From Camelus dromedarius (lineage: Eukaryota), in the NCBI RefSeq assembly GCF_036321535.1, contig NC_087436.1:62498001-62562000 (forward strand): DNA of 64,000 bases, given 5' to 3'. Shown here one piece after another: positions 38,130 through 51,732 of this stretch (positions within the stretch are counted from its first letter, which is position 1; every line of letters begins with the position of its first letter). The notes under the pieces are model-generated. The model was not told where the DNA came from. It searched no databases and was given only the letters and a program-made list of their open reading frames with translations. A program made the translations under genes and the position numbers.

Positions 38130-38325
38130 ATTCTGCTGTTAGTCATGTGATGAAAGTCATCGCGTTATATGATCTTGATGAACATCTGTTTTTTAATCTA
38201 CCAACTAGTTTCATCTACAAGCTAATATCCTGCCTCTCAGGGTATTTGTGAAATTAAAGGAGATAATGTTTGCCATATGCTCAACATACAACTTAGCACA
38301 TAATGAGTACTGATTAAGTCATCCT
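38130..38325 (+). mobile_element. MIR SINE
   Basis: AGTTTCATCTACAA...CCTGCCTCTCAGGGTATTTGTGAAATTAAAGGAGATAATG...TAGCACATAATGAGTACT. Confidence 0.65.
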
Positions 38326-39960
38326 TGTTTGTGTTGTTTTTAACAATCAAAAACAAAACAAAACAAAACAAAACAAAGGGAGGCGATCCAGGGTGGTAAT
38401 AGGGAGTAGAGAGCAGTGAAATGCTTTCCTTCCAAAGCCCAGCCCACCACCAACTGGGAAATCACAAAAAGAAGAGAAAAGAACCCTGAATGCTGTTCCA
38501 GTCACTAGTGGGTGTTCGTAGGAAAGGGATGAATTCTAGTCATTCTCCCTCTAGTCAAATACACATAGAGTGACTGTAATAATAGTCATGAGGTCTTGAT
38601 GTAAGATAGTTTTTGTTTTTTCATGAGGTGATAAAGTAGAATACCTTTGATCATCCTATATTCAACTAATTATGGAATTTTAAATTATCTCTAAGAATCT
38701 ATTTGCATGTTGGAAAATTCTATAGACAACAACTAAAAATGAAATTATGTTAAAAATGACAATGCATTTTTATTAAAATGTAGGATCCCTCCCATAATCA
38801 AATCAAACTTAGATCAGAACACAAACTTTTGAGAATAAATTTGAGACCATAGCCCAGTTAGGTGCAGATGAGTGTTACTGAATGTGAGGCTATTTCTTAC
38901 CCTCTCAGGAGGATAAGTATTGAATGTACATTTCTTAAATGTCAATCAGTGTGCTATACTACTCAAATGAAATAAGACAAGGGTACACAACTCTCTATTT
39001 TTATAGTTCAGTTGTCTGGATTGCTCTACATTGATTTAGTCTTGGAAAACTGAAGGCTTTATGATTTAAGGTATTTTGGACGATTTAACAATCCACTTTT
39101 ATTCATGCAAAAATTAGCTAGATTTTAAAAGTTTAAATTTAAGGAAAAAGAAGAAAGAAAAGAATTCATCTGAATTTTGTTGCTCTTTTTCAATGGGATA
39201 AGCAATTTGGATAAAGATTAAACTTTAGTTTAAAAACAACTAAACTATTGTTACAACTAAACCATTACAATGGCCTTAAATTTTTGAAACTTTGGAAAAC
39301 ACGCTTATTCAAACAAAATTATGAATTAGATGTCAATTATACCTTAAGAAAGCTAAAATTTTTAAATTACAGATTATATAATACTCAAAAGGTAACTGTA
39401 ACATGGGAAAACATCAGTACTCTTTTTATGTACCTAATTTTTCAAGTCAGAAACTTTGGAAGACATATTTAACTCTTCTCTTCCTCTTCCTATGTCTGAT
39501 AAGTCACCAAGTCCTAGATTCTACTTCAGAAAATCTTCCCAATCCACTGTTTTCCACCAAGTTGACTCTCAGGTGTGCACAGTCCAGGTAAATACTTGTT
39601 GTATGGTCTTATTTATATAATCGATTTGATTTAAAAATTATTCATCAGCTGATGACAAATATAGTGATTTATTAATAAAGATTTAGAATAATTGGTAAAG
39701 AAGGTGTATTTAAAGATTTATTAATTTTCTTATCGGCTCATGTGAAAATTATTCATTGTGAGGTACCATATCTTCCTGTTCGGGTCCAGGAACCATCTTT
39801 TCATGTTCTTTCTCTATTGGCTAATGCATCATTTCTGACTAATGTCTTATCTCCCACTATGAGGAAAAGCTAGCAAGTCCATTGCTACAGTGGCTCTTTA
39901 GAATGTTTGTACTGAAATAATACGGATCTGCTTGCCTTTGTAGTTTCTTCATACCAATTA

Positions 39961-40189
39961 CAGTTGACTCTTTACACAGATGTGGACTGTGCAGATCCAC
40001 TTATACATGGAATTTTTTAAATAAAATAAATATACAGTTGGCCCTCTCTATTCAGGAGTTTCACATCCACAGGGAGCGAATATTTTCATTGTACCATTCC
40101 ATTTTATATAAATGACTTGAGCACCCATGGGTTTTGGTATGTCTGGGGGCTCCTGGAACCAATCTCCTGCAGATACCATGGGACCATTG
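39961..40189 (+). mobile_element. Tc1/mariner-Tigger MITE (Tigger2a/MER8-like)
   Basis: CAGTTGAC...CATTG termini flanked by TA on both sides, with TCCACTTATAC and GACTTGAGCA...TCCTGGAACCAATC motifs. Confidence 0.85.
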
Positions 40190-40816
40190 TATTTGATGCT
40201 AGTTACATTGTTACTCATAATGCGGCACCATCCATTGAACCCTGTTCTCTTCTGAAATCCTGGCTTCTGATGATTTCCTCAAAGGTTGTTTCTGTACTCC
40301 GTTGATGAGGACCATGAATGCAAGTCTTACTCAGAGTATGCAGGAAAATGTGAGCTGTTATTCATTTTCTGGATACGTTAATTTTCCATTTAAAATTTTA
40401 TGGTAAACATAGGACAACATATCTTTCAATTGTGTCTTCTCTTCAATGCATTAGGCTGTAACCATTGCATTCCTAGAATGTGATGTCTTTCAGTATTAAT
40501 GGCACACCGCCCTTCACACACAGTTGGCAAGAGGTCTATAGGGAGAATGAGAATAGTAGTCCAATTCTCACAGGAACATCGGCCCTAATCTGACGAGGCT
40601 TAAGACTGATGACAACCACATTGACTAGAATAGTCCATTATCATTGCAGAGCAATAGTGTCAAAAGCCCTCAGACAGGATAGAGATAGCTATAACCAAGT
40701 ACTGACTGGCATGGCGCATAGAGCCTGCAGAGCTGGGTAACTGTCCTGGGTGCCATGGGCAAGTGAGTGCCAGAGTAAAAGATTCTTGTCTCTGTCTCAA
40801 CTGAGATGCTATAGGA

Positions 40817-41048
40817 CAGTGTTCCCAACCATGGCTGCTTTTTTGGCTAAGTGGTATTTGTAATGTATGACCACATCATTTCAGATTGTCTCAACTAGGG
40901 AAAAGGAGCCATGTTCATACTTGTGTCTGGTGGGAAGAGGCCATAATGCTGCTTAATATCCCACAATGCACAGATAGTCCCCTTGCCTCTGCTAAACAAG
41001 GAATTATTTAGCTTGCAATGTCAATAATGCCAAGGTTGAGAGGCTCTG
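40817..41048 (+). mobile_element. hAT-Charlie MITE, MER20-like
   Basis: CAGTGTTCCCAACC...AGAGGCCATAATGCTGCTTAATATCCCACAATGCACAG...AATGTCAATAATGCCAAGGTTGAGAGGCTCTG. Confidence 0.88.
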
Positions 41049-41699
41049 CTCTAGACCCAAGGCTGCCTTGAGGTAGAAGCTTAAATGGACAAAAACTGAG
41101 GAAATGGTTTATATACTCTTATTAAACCTAAAGGCAAGCAATGGACTGTTAGTGTCTCAGACTCCTCAACTTTTCCTGTGTCCAATGTGAGCGTCATCCC
41201 AAATTAGTATGTCTGCATCATCCTGGGGCCAGTCTCAATAATCCTGAAGGAGATATTGGTCAGTGGGAGCAATCCACTCACAAGACTGTCCTCCTGAGAC
41301 AGGGGAATAGCCACTGGGCCCTTGGACACTCTCACAGTACAAGTTCTAGAGCTTCTTGAAAAATCTGGTCCAACCTGTTCATGTAGAGAGCCCTGAACGG
41401 GCCATGAGTCCCTGGGCTCACAGTAGGTCATGATCTGAGCTCAGGAAGCTTTGTTTGGATGGAATTGCCATCCTGGACAGTCCACGTGCCAGAGGGAGAC
41501 TTCTAAAGACCATTTTAAAGAAAGCCCTTCAAGTTAAGGCCCCCAGAATTGTGTTCCCTGACACCAGTTCTCCTTTTCACTTTTTGAAACACCACCTTCG
41601 CTGGATACCTACAGAGTTCCCTCCTGACTGTTTCTAAAAGTCACGTCTTCCAACTCTTATTCCATTCCATTCATTTCGTCAATAATGAGGTGTCTGCTA

Positions 41700-42240
41700 T
41701 AAATACTCATTTAATTCTACTTAAGGGCATTCAGCTTTCAACTTCTCAGAATAAAAACCCAGATCCTTGAACTAACTTGTAAGTATTTTAGCTGTTGTCT
41801 AACATTCTCATCTTGTCTCATTTCTCTCTTTCTCTCCTTTGTTTTCCAGCCATAATGTACTTCTTTGTATTTGTTTATGAATCAAGCTTTTTTTTTTTTT
41901 TTAAAAAAAGAGATTTTCCTAGAAGCAATAAAACTGTCCACCACCCACTGCATCTCATTAGCTGCTCTGGCTAATTCTTTATATAGTCATTTTTTCCTAG
42001 AATTTTTGATTTCCTCTTAGGCTAAGGTAGGTTCAACTATTACACTCATTTATAGTAGTTCACTTTATTCACACCCCTTATAATTACTTAGGCAATGTCT
42101 GTCCTCCCCTTTATACTATATATTCCATGACAGCAAATACTGAATCAGACCTGCCCACTATTAAAACCCCTCACAGATAACATGGGACTCAGATCATGTT
42201 GGGTAGATAGTGAATAGCTGCTGGATCAATAGGTGAATAA
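41700..42240 (+). mobile_element. L2 LINE 3' fragment
   Basis: CAGAATAAAAACCCAGATCCTT...TTCCAGCCATA...AATGTCTGTCCTCCCC...TTCCATGACAGCA. Confidence 0.6.
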
Positions 42241-42293
42241 AAACTGTTTTTTCTTACATAATTTTTTATCAGGTGTACTCTACTTTTATGTCA

Positions 42294-42975
42294 CTTTTTA
42301 ATATAAAAATTTTCAAACATACAAAAATATAGAAGGAAATGATATTTGATATTGAATTCCTATTGCCAATCTAATAGTTCATCACCAAATTTATATTTAT
42401 TTCTTCTATTTTCTCTAATATTTTAAAATAACTTCATGTTATCCACTCCAAAATACTTCAGTATAAACATCCAAAATCAAAGATATTTTCCTGTATAATT
42501 TAATCAGAATAACATTTCAAAAAAGAAAAACAATAATTCCTTGCTATCATCTAACTTGCAGTGTGTATTTTTATTTCTGCAGATTTTCTTAAAGTATCTT
42601 TTCCAGGTAATTTGTTCAAACCAGTATCTGACCATATCTGCACACTGCATTGGACTGTTATGTCAGTTAAATCTCTTTGATACAAATAGTGCCTCACTTT
42701 TTATGGCATCAACTTACTGAAGAGAGAAATCAATTGTCCTGTAGAAAGTCCCACCTTCTGAATTTGTCTGATTTCTCACATGTCTTTAAAAGTGTTATTA
42801 TTCCCTTGTATTTAATGCCAGCTGGAAGTTAGATCTAACAGATTGACTAGATTCAAGTTAAACATCGTTTTGTCACAAATATTTCACAGCTGATGTTGTA
42901 TACTACACACTGCAAAAGGGTGTACTTCACCTCAAGTTGTGCTGCTATTAATGCTATGATATATCAGTGGGTTAA
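42294..42975 (-). mobile_element. Old L1 3' UTR (L1MC4/L1MC5-like)
   Basis: AATTTTCAAACATACA...AAATACTTCAG...CAATAATTCCTT...TTGTCCTGTAGAAAGTCCCACCTTCTG...GAAGTTAGATCTA. Confidence 0.75.
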
Positions 42976-43999
42976 AGGACTCTTCCAATTTTCATTCCGT
43001 ATCATAGAGGAGACTTAGAACATTAGGACAAAGTATACAACTTAATTGAAATAATTTAATGGACTTACTGAATATTCACTGAATAAATTTTGCTTAGCTT
43101 TCCTATTTTCCATCGCAAGTCTATTTTAAGTATCCAAGTGAGGGTACCTCTCATAGGAATCTATGGAAAATTTGGGTAAGACTCATTGAGGCTGAGGGAG
43201 GAATTTTAAAACCATAAGATATAAAATATAAATTCAACAAATGGCCAAATCTATAATAAAAGATGAGAATGCACATAACTGACAGCATATTTCTAGTCAA
43301 TCACTGACTACAAATTATTCATTTAAGCATACAATTAAGGCTCATTACTATACAACTGGGTTCAGAGATCTCTATAAACTAACAAAACCATAACCAGTTT
43401 ATAATCTAAGCAGTAGTGCTCTTAAAATTGTCCCATGCTGATCAGTTTTGCCTTTGCTTCTTATTTCCTTTATATGCAGTTCAAAAATAAAACTTGGATT
43501 CCAAACAAATTAATTAACCCTCTTACTTACTTGGTTGTTTCAGCTCCATTAAACTAAAGTAATCAAATCACCTCATTACTAAAGCCTTGAGAAGATAAAT
43601 TTAAAGGCTTTCAACTATGAAGGGACAGAAACAGAGCTCACTGGAAAGATAGGATCTGAATAGTCAAGTAATTTTGAATAGGCTTTAGACACTTGGGAGG
43701 TTCCACGTGAATAACTGATTCTTAGATAGTCCTATAAATCCATTCTGAATATAGCGTATGATACTTAAGAGGAATATATGTTTTCTGGTGCTCCATCAGC
43801 ACATGCAAAGGAAAATATTGGTACTAATGCTCATCTGCCTTAGTTTTTTGGACTTGGAGTCAGGACGGATATATCTCTTCCTTCTCCTCCATCCTCTAAC
43901 TCTTCTTTCTCCACTTTCTTAAACAAAATGAACAAAACTACATCGTCTTCGAGCTATATCTATAATGTGAAATTTACATATATTTTGTTTTATAACCCT

Positions 44000-44170
44000 T
44001 TGCCACAAATCTGTTAATCATTAATGGTATTCACATTTTACAGATGAGGAAACTGAAACTCTTGAGTTTTAGGTAAAAAAAGGATTCCCAAGGTGACCTC
44101 AAGGTGATATATCTACTGATAATGAACCTGGGACTAGACGCTCACTCTGAAAACAAAGCCCATGTTCTTA
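44000..44170 (-). mobile_element. MIR SINE
   Basis: CATTTTACAGATGAGGAAACTGA (MIR core, antisense). Confidence 0.8.
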
Positions 44171-44881
44171 AGTATTCTTTAAAGGAACTAAAGGAAACAG
44201 AATGGTCCAGTCTGCTCCCTAGGCACCTTAAAACAGAAACACAATGGTGGAGTAGTTTTCAACCAATTACGTATTGTTATTATGCCAAGATACATGCACA
44301 GGTTATTTCATTGTAACAAGTGCAAATAACGTAACGTTAACATGTAAATTTGAAATGTTATTCTGTCTTTCAATTACATCCTTCATCAAATAAATTCTCT
44401 TAAGATTCTACCTTAATAAATGTAATATATTTGGGGAAATTTAGTATGTAAGTCGACCATTTGTATTACATTTGGAATTAGTTTATATTATGTTAGCCAT
44501 CAATATTTTATGTTGTTTTGCCATCCTAAAAATATCACCATCTTATTGCAGAAACTTGGAAATGGAATTACTTAGAAAACAGAAACCAAATTAAAAAACA
44601 GAAATAAACCTCTTAAAGAGCAAAAAAATTAAAAGTTATGACTTTAGAAGGTGAAAACTAGCTAATGAATATCCACAACCCTTTCACACTTCAATTAGAA
44701 AACTAGACACACTTAGTCAAGGCATTCAAAAGAACAAGTGTGAGCCTCGTAATTAGTTATAATCAGTCTGCTTGTGCTGTCGACATTGCTGAGCTGCTCT
44801 TCTGTGTCTATAGGAGATGCCTGTGATGCTTTTGTGCACTGACATCTCATTTATGTAACATGCCCTCAAAAGAGGTTGTGT

Positions 44882-44992
44882 GGGGGAGGGTAGAGTGCAT
44901 ACTTAGCATGCATGAGGTCCTGGGTTCAATCTCCAGTACCCCCATTAAAATGAATAAAATAAACCTAATTATCTCCCCTTCCCGTATCCCCC
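44882..44992 (+). mobile_element. tRNA-derived SINE, Vic-1-like, A-box deleted
   Basis: GGGGAGGGTAGAGTGCATACTTAGCATGCATGAGGTCCTGGGTTCAATCTCCAGTACC...AATAAACCTAATTA. TSD CAAAAGAGGTTGTGT (44867-44881)/CAAAATGAGGTCGTGT (44993-45008). Confidence 0.9.
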
Positions 44993-45739
44993 CAAAATGA
45001 GGTCGTGTGTTGTAGGGAAGAGAAGGCCTGGGTTGGAAGCAGGGCTCCCAGATGACTAGCTGTGTGAGCTGGGATGGGGGAAGTAAATAAGCTGAAACTC
45101 AGTAACCTTATGTCTAAAGTGTGAATAAGAAAATCTACCGCATGTGTTCTTTTGAGGCTAATTAGTATTTTCTTTGTTGGGACATAACAAGGGTTTAGTA
45201 AATATTTGTTGAACCTGGGTTATTAATCATTGAAAAGGATTTGGTAGATTTGTATGCATTGATGTGTCTGAATACAGGGAAAAATGTCAAGAGTAGTTAC
45301 ATTTTGGGAGTCTTAATGGAAAGAATTTACCCTTTATTTTATACATTTCTTTTTCATCAATTTCCAATTACTACAATTAAGCATATCCATTAATTAATAA
45401 CCATGCATCAACCAATTTCCATCATCCCATAACCTGCATACCATACCATTGAAGCCCATTTATAAGTCCCCACCTAATAGAAATTCTTGACCTGCCATAG
45501 GGAGCAGATTTAATCCCAAAGGCTGTTCCCACACACTCCTAAATGCCCAGAGTTGCTACCTTTTGGATCCCTGAAAATTTTTAATTTGTCTTCCATTGCT
45601 GTGTTTGTTACCTCATAAGATTTTCATATTCTATTTCTCCTTTTTGTGAATTTGGTACTTCTGGTCTGGTGAGGACTGAGAACCACATAAGGATGTAGTG
45701 TTTAATATAGGAACCTATGGAGTAAAAACATTGTAAGTC

Positions 45740-46120
45740 AGAAGCAAATAGCCTTGTGGTAAAAGTCTAGAGGAGTGAGGGGCCGAGGAACTGCAGGCCT
45801 CTTCTAGTTGTTGAGAGTCGTCCCTGGCCAAGGGCTGGCCAGTGAGGGGAAATCTCAGTTGTAGAGGTTCAAGGACCTGAAATTTATCTAACAACCTGAA
45901 TTAGCTCAGCAGACGATGCTGGACCCCAGATGAGAACATGGCCTGGTCACCATATTGATCGAAGCCTTGTGAAAACTAAAAGGAAGCCAAGTCCTGAAAA
46001 TCTAGCTAAGTCATGCCCAGACCCTTGATCCAGAAAAACTGTGAGATAAAAATAAGTGTATGTGGTTTTACACTGCCAAGTTTGTGTTACCTTGTTTCGG
46101 AGCAGTAAAAAAACAAAATA
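45740..46120 (+). mobile_element. MaLR LTR, MLT1E-like
   Basis: GAGGAACTGCAGG...AACAACCTGAAT...CCCAGATGAGAAC...CTAGCTAAGTCATGCCCAGAC...AACTGTGAGATAA...CCAAGTTTGTG. Confidence 0.8.
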
Positions 46121-46494
46121 TTTGTAGTTCAGGATTAATTTTATTTTTACAAATCGGTTATCTCACAATTTCCTAAATGATAACTAAACTGTAAATAGAG
46201 TTAAGATATATGCCTCCTCCATGTCCCTTACCTGATAAATATGAGAGGAAGAGACAGACAGAGACAAGAGAGAAAAGCAAACATGTAATATTGTAATACT
46301 TGAATATAAGTATGAATTCAATTAGGTTAGAAGAAGTAATGGCCAGGCCTTTTCTTACTGGCAAGTGTACTATTCTTAAATTATATTTGATTAATTTATA
46401 GATTTTTACCTATAGTATTTCTTTACTTTTCAATTTTTGATAGATGGAATTAAATTTACATGAAGAAAGAGTTACAAATGATGTTTTTTGTTCC

Positions 46495-47335
46495 AGTAAA
46501 CTTTTAAATTTTAGAATAGTTTTAGATTTACAGAGATGTTAGAAGGATAATACAGAGTTCCCATGTATCCTGTACCTAGTTTCCCCTGTTATTAGCATCT
46601 TATGTTAGTATGGTATGTTTGTTACAATTAATGAACCAATATTGATGCATTATTATTAACTGAAGTTCATGCTTTATTCATATGTTTTAGTTTTGATCTA
46701 ATGTCCTTTTTCTGTTCCAAGATCCCATCCAGGGTACTACATGACATTTCTCCCTAGGCTCCGGTTGGCTGTGAGAGTTTATCAGACTTTCCTTATTTTT
46801 GATAAACTTTGGCGGTTTTGAAAAGTGCTGGTCAGGTATCTTGTAGTATATGTTCCTCAACTGCGATTTAGCTAATGTTTTTCTTGTGGTTAGAGAGAGG
46901 TTATGGATTTTGACAAAAAGAGTACGGAAGCAGGTAAATGGCATTTTCATCACATCATACTGAGGGTGCCTGCTATCAGTATGAGTTACCACGTTTGATG
47001 TCGACTTTGACCACCTGACTGAGGCAGTGTCTATCAGGTTTCTCCACTGGAAAGTCACACTTTTTATCCCAGTTTATGTACTCTTCTCTTTGGAAGGAAG
47101 TCACTTTGCAGAGCCCACATCTAAGGAGTGAGCAGTTACGCTCTATCCATTGCTTGGGAACTTTTCCAGTCATTTGCTTATGTTGATGAGTCAATAAGGA
47201 CTCACAGATATTGAGTTTTTACTTTGGGTTACAATCCAATAACTTGGTCAGTTTTTTCTTGCTTGAAATATTCTAGCTTCGACTTTTGAGAAATCTTTCA
47301 GTTGGTTTCTGTGTCTCTTAGGCATACCCCCATTT
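46495..47335 (-). mobile_element. L1MC/L1MD-like 3' UTR
   Basis: TTTTAGAATAGTTTTAGATTTACAGA...GTTACAATTAATGAACCAATATTGAT...TTCTGTTCCAAGATCCCATCCAGG...TCAGGTTTCTCCACTG. Confidence 0.85.
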
Positions 47336-48370
47336 TTAGTTGTTTTTTCTCTTTGCATTTCAGTTTCTGAAGTTTCTATTGGCATATATTCAGACTCATT
47401 GATTCTTTCCTCTTCTGTGTTCAGTATACTGGACATATTCAGCTCAAAAGCGTTTTTCATTTCTGTTGTGTTTTGGTTTCTAACATTTCCTTTAATTCTT
47501 CATTAGAGTTCCAGTCTCTCTGCTTACATTATAACCTGTTTTCACATGTTATCTACTTTCCCCATCATAGTTCTTAATATATTAATCATGATTATTTCAG
47601 ATTTCCTCTCTGATAATTCCAACATCCATGTCTTATTTGATCTGGTTCTGATACTTGTTTTATCTTTTAAGACCATGTTTTCTCTTGTCTTTTGATGTAC
47701 CTCATACACTTTTTTTAAAATAAAAAATGATGTATCAGATAAAGGATCTTAGGTAAGAAAAAGCCTAGTGTGAGGATTTATGTGGCTGAGGGTCTGGGAT
47801 ACACAAGGGCTAGCAAATTCAAATTTCTCTTGTGTCCTTGTTTTTGTCTTCCCTTTTGACTTTGGTTTCCCTAAATGCTCTTCCTCAGAGTCTGTCTTGC
47901 TGATTTCAGCTGTAATCATTGTTACTTTACTGGAGCCCCGTTGGTTGGTGGTTAGGTATGGGGAAGGAAAAGCATTCTAAAGATTAAAGCTTAGTCTTTT
48001 GATGGGCCTGTGTCCCTGGGTTGTGACTTTCACAAGTATTTTAGTGCTTTAGGTTTCTCCCACCTTTAGGTGAGACGGGAAGAACAGAGGGAGTGGGGTA
48101 GTAGAAATGTCCTTTCCCCAAGTTGGAGAAGGCTCTGGTAAATTCTTTTCCTGGGGAGTAGGACATTGTTATGGAAAATGCTCTAATTATTTTTCTCTCC
48201 CCTGACAGGAATCTGGGACAGGAAGGAATCTTTACTGATTCCTCATCATGAGAACTTTGATGGATTCCTGGAGGTAAAAACGTTAGGTGCGAGGGTCTCT
48301 GTAATACTGCCATCCCCAGGATTTTCTAACATTTACAGTAGTCTACACTCCAGTTCCCAGCCATTCATCA
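47336..48370 (-). mobile_element. Old L1 5' region (5' UTR plus ORF1 N-terminal coiled coil)
   Basis: Minus ORF MKNAFELNMSSILNTEEERINESEYMPIETSETEMQREK resembles the L1 ORF1p heptad region. The upstream 5' UTR assignment is less certain. Confidence 0.7.
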
Positions 48371-48477
48371 AGGTAATCAAAATTATTTTTCATATGCTTA
48401 AAACCTATATTAGTTTCTAACATACAACAAATACTTAAAGTTTGCTAGAAAATGAAATGCAGGAGGAAATTTTAGTG

Positions 48478-50292
48478 AGGGCAATTAGGCAAGAAAAAAA
48501 GGGATATACAGATTGGAAAAAATTTAAAACTACATTTATTTGCAGATGACATGACTTTGTATATAGAAAAATCTCAAGGAATCTGCCAAAACTGAAAAAA
48601 AAAGAAATTATAAAAATTAATAAATGAATGTAATATGTAAGATAAGTATATAAAAATTATTGGTATTTTGTGCCACAATAAACAATGTGAAAATGAATGA
48701 AATTAAGAAAATAATTTTTATAACATCAAAAAAATAAATTACTAAGGAATAAATTTAACAAAAAAGTGTAAGACTTCTATACTGAAAATATTAAGAAAGC
48801 AGTGCTCCCCAAATTAATCTAAAGATTCAATGCAATCCCTATCATGCTTTTTTTGAAGAAATTGTCATTCTGATCTTAAAATTCAAGTGAAAATGCAAAT
48901 GACCCATTTTGGATAGCCAAAAAACTATTGAAAAAGCACAAAGTTGGAAGATTAGGGATTCCTGATTTCAAAGTCTACTATGAAGAAATAGCAATCAAGA
49001 ACTGTATGGTAGTAATGTAACTGACATATAGATCAAAGGAATAGGAATTAATCCGTACATCTATGGTCAATTGATTACTGATAAGAGTGCCAGTATAATA
49101 TAATGAGGAAATAATATTTTTTCAATAAATAGCGTTGACACTACTAGATAGTTGCATGCAAAGAAATGTGTTTGGACCATTCACACCATATGCAAAAATT
49201 AATTGAAATGGGATAATATCCCTAAATGTAAGAGCTAAATGATAAAACTTTTAGAAGAATATGTAGGAGTAAGTTTTCATGACCTTTGGTTAGATGAGAA
49301 TTTCTTAGGTATAACAACAAAATAAAACATAATAAGCAATGAAAAAAAGGAGATAGATTCAATTTCATAAAGAAGTAAAAATGTTTTTTAATAAATGTCA
49401 CCTCAAAAAAGTGAAAATGCAACTCATGCAATAGAAAAAATATGCAATCATTTATCTGATAAGGGATTAATATCCAAAATACAAAAATAATACCACAATG
49501 CAATAATATAAAGGCAACTTAATTAAAAATAGGAATTGGAAATCAAACAACTGTGAAATATTACCTTCAAACTCACTTGGAAAGTGGCAATCAAAAAGAC
49601 AGATAATAGCAAGTGTTGGTGAGGTTGTGTGAAATTGAAACCCTCATTCATTGCTGGTTGGAATGTAAAATGGTGCAGCCACTTGGGAAAGTGTTTGACA
49701 GTTCCTAAAATAGTTAAACATACAGTTACAGTATGACCCACTAATTCCACTCCTTGGTATATACCCAGGAAAAATGAAAACATATATCTGCATAAAAGCT
49801 TGTACATAAATTTGCATAGCAGCATTTCTTATAATAGCCCAAATGTAAAACAACTCAAATGTCCATTACCTGATGAATGGATGAACAAAAGTGGTATAAC
49901 CATAAAATGGAATATTATTTGTCCATGAAAATTAATGAAGTGCTGATGTATTCTACAGTATGGATGGAACGCCATTATTCTATGTGAAAGAAACCAATCA
50001 CAAAAGATCACTTATTGTATGATTCCATTTATGGGAAACATCCAGAAAAGGCAGCTCAACAGAGAGAAAAAGGAAGTTAGTAGTTATCTGAGGGAGGGGC
50101 ATTGGGAAGTAACTGCTGATGATTATCAGGGTTCCTTTCTGGGGTGAAAAACTGTTCTAAAATTAAATAGTGATGATCACCAGGTTTTGTGAGTATACTA
50201 AAATATTTAATATTTAAGTGCACGTTTTAAAAAGGTGAATTTTCTGACATGTGAGTTGTCTTAATAAAGCTGTTTTTTAAAAAAGGAAAAAA
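48478..50292 (+). mobile_element. L1MB-like 5'-truncated LINE (ORF2 remnant plus 3' UTR)
   Basis: GCAATTAGGCAAGAAAA...TTTGCAGATGACATG (FADDM)...GTAAAATGGTGCAGCCACTT...TATTGTATGATTCCATTTAT...AATAAAGCTG (50263) and an A-rich tail. Confidence 0.9.
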
Positions 50293-51732
50293 GTAAGGAT
50301 AGAGGGAAGAAGACAGAAAGTAAGAAAAGAAGTTTGTTTCTTGAGCACACATCATGGACCAGATATTATTCTGGACTCTTCACAGGCATTAATTTTTGTA
50401 ATGCTCATGACAAGATAGGATTTGCTATCATTCAATTTGTACAAAAATAAACTGAGTCTTAGGGAACTTTCTAAAGGCTATCAGATAGAATATGATAAAA
50501 TTGTGATTCACACAAAAGTCCAGTTGACAGCAAAACCCACCACATTTCAACACATGGCTGCATGAATTATTTTACCAAGATAAACAGTGTATAAAGAATT
50601 TCATTTTTCTTCCAAATTATTAGAATTATTTTTGTCTCCTACATGTTAGAACATATTCGAGTCACTGAAAAGTTTCAATAAATAAGATAAAAATTTGGAG
50701 AAGTGAGAGAAACTATTGGATCAGCCCATTAAGATAGACGTATATATTTAAGCAGCACTGTGATTTGCAGAATGCACAATGATCATTTTGTCTAGTTTAT
50801 CCTAAATGAAAAATGACCAAATGGTTTTCTGAGACTTCTTGAACTCTTGCTGATTCTAAGAATTGTAATTATCAAGAAATATCCATTTCAAATTCAGAAA
50901 CATGCTGATGGTGAACAGACAACTTTGCCTGAACCAGACAAGGCTTTGAAAATATATCCTAATTTCATTTTTGTGAGAATATTATATAGAATATTGGTCA
51001 TTTAAACTTTTTCTGTCTCAATAAAATTAATTCCTAATTTATTCTGTGAAAATTAATATACTGCTTTTTAAAAAACTTTGTAAGTCTTACAAAACATATG
51101 AATGAAAAGTGATACTATCATTAACATACCAGGTATTAAATAATTAAATGCTGAGTCAAATTTATGATAACGTAAGATAAATTTTGAGTGTATCTTTCAT
51201 TGTCTTCAGAATTATTTCTCATTAATTCACTTCTTATGCTACTGTCCTCTATAACCTATTAAAGAGAAAATTTAAAAAGAAATATTTAAATCATTTTGTC
51301 AGCATAATTTATAACTTATGTATAGTATTTTCTTCCTTTATTACAGCACAGAAATCTTTGAAATACAGGTGCTCAGCCTTGACTAGATTAACAAGGAGTT
51401 AATTTAAGGGAACATCTGGTTGTTTATAACTGCCTAGGGTGGGAAAAAGGGCTCCAGATGCTTACATAATTCACCCCTCCATTTCTCTCTAGTTTAGAAT
51501 AAAAATATCTTTGCAGTAGATATAGCAAGCCAACATTCAATGCTGTTTGGGTTCACGTATGCCCAACAGAAATATAGGAGAATGTATATTTTTTTCAAAA
51601 TTTCTCAAGTTGGGAGTGTACGCAAACCTACTACATATATGTGTGTGTGTGTGCGCGCATATATGAATTCTTAGTACAATTCTGAAAAACATCTATTGCA
51701 GCTACTTTGACCACTGTAGGAAAGATACATGC

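Noticed and set aside
41200..41640. GC-richer block with two short ORFs
   Set aside because: Possibly an ancient LTR remnant, but I could not assign a family or coding function.
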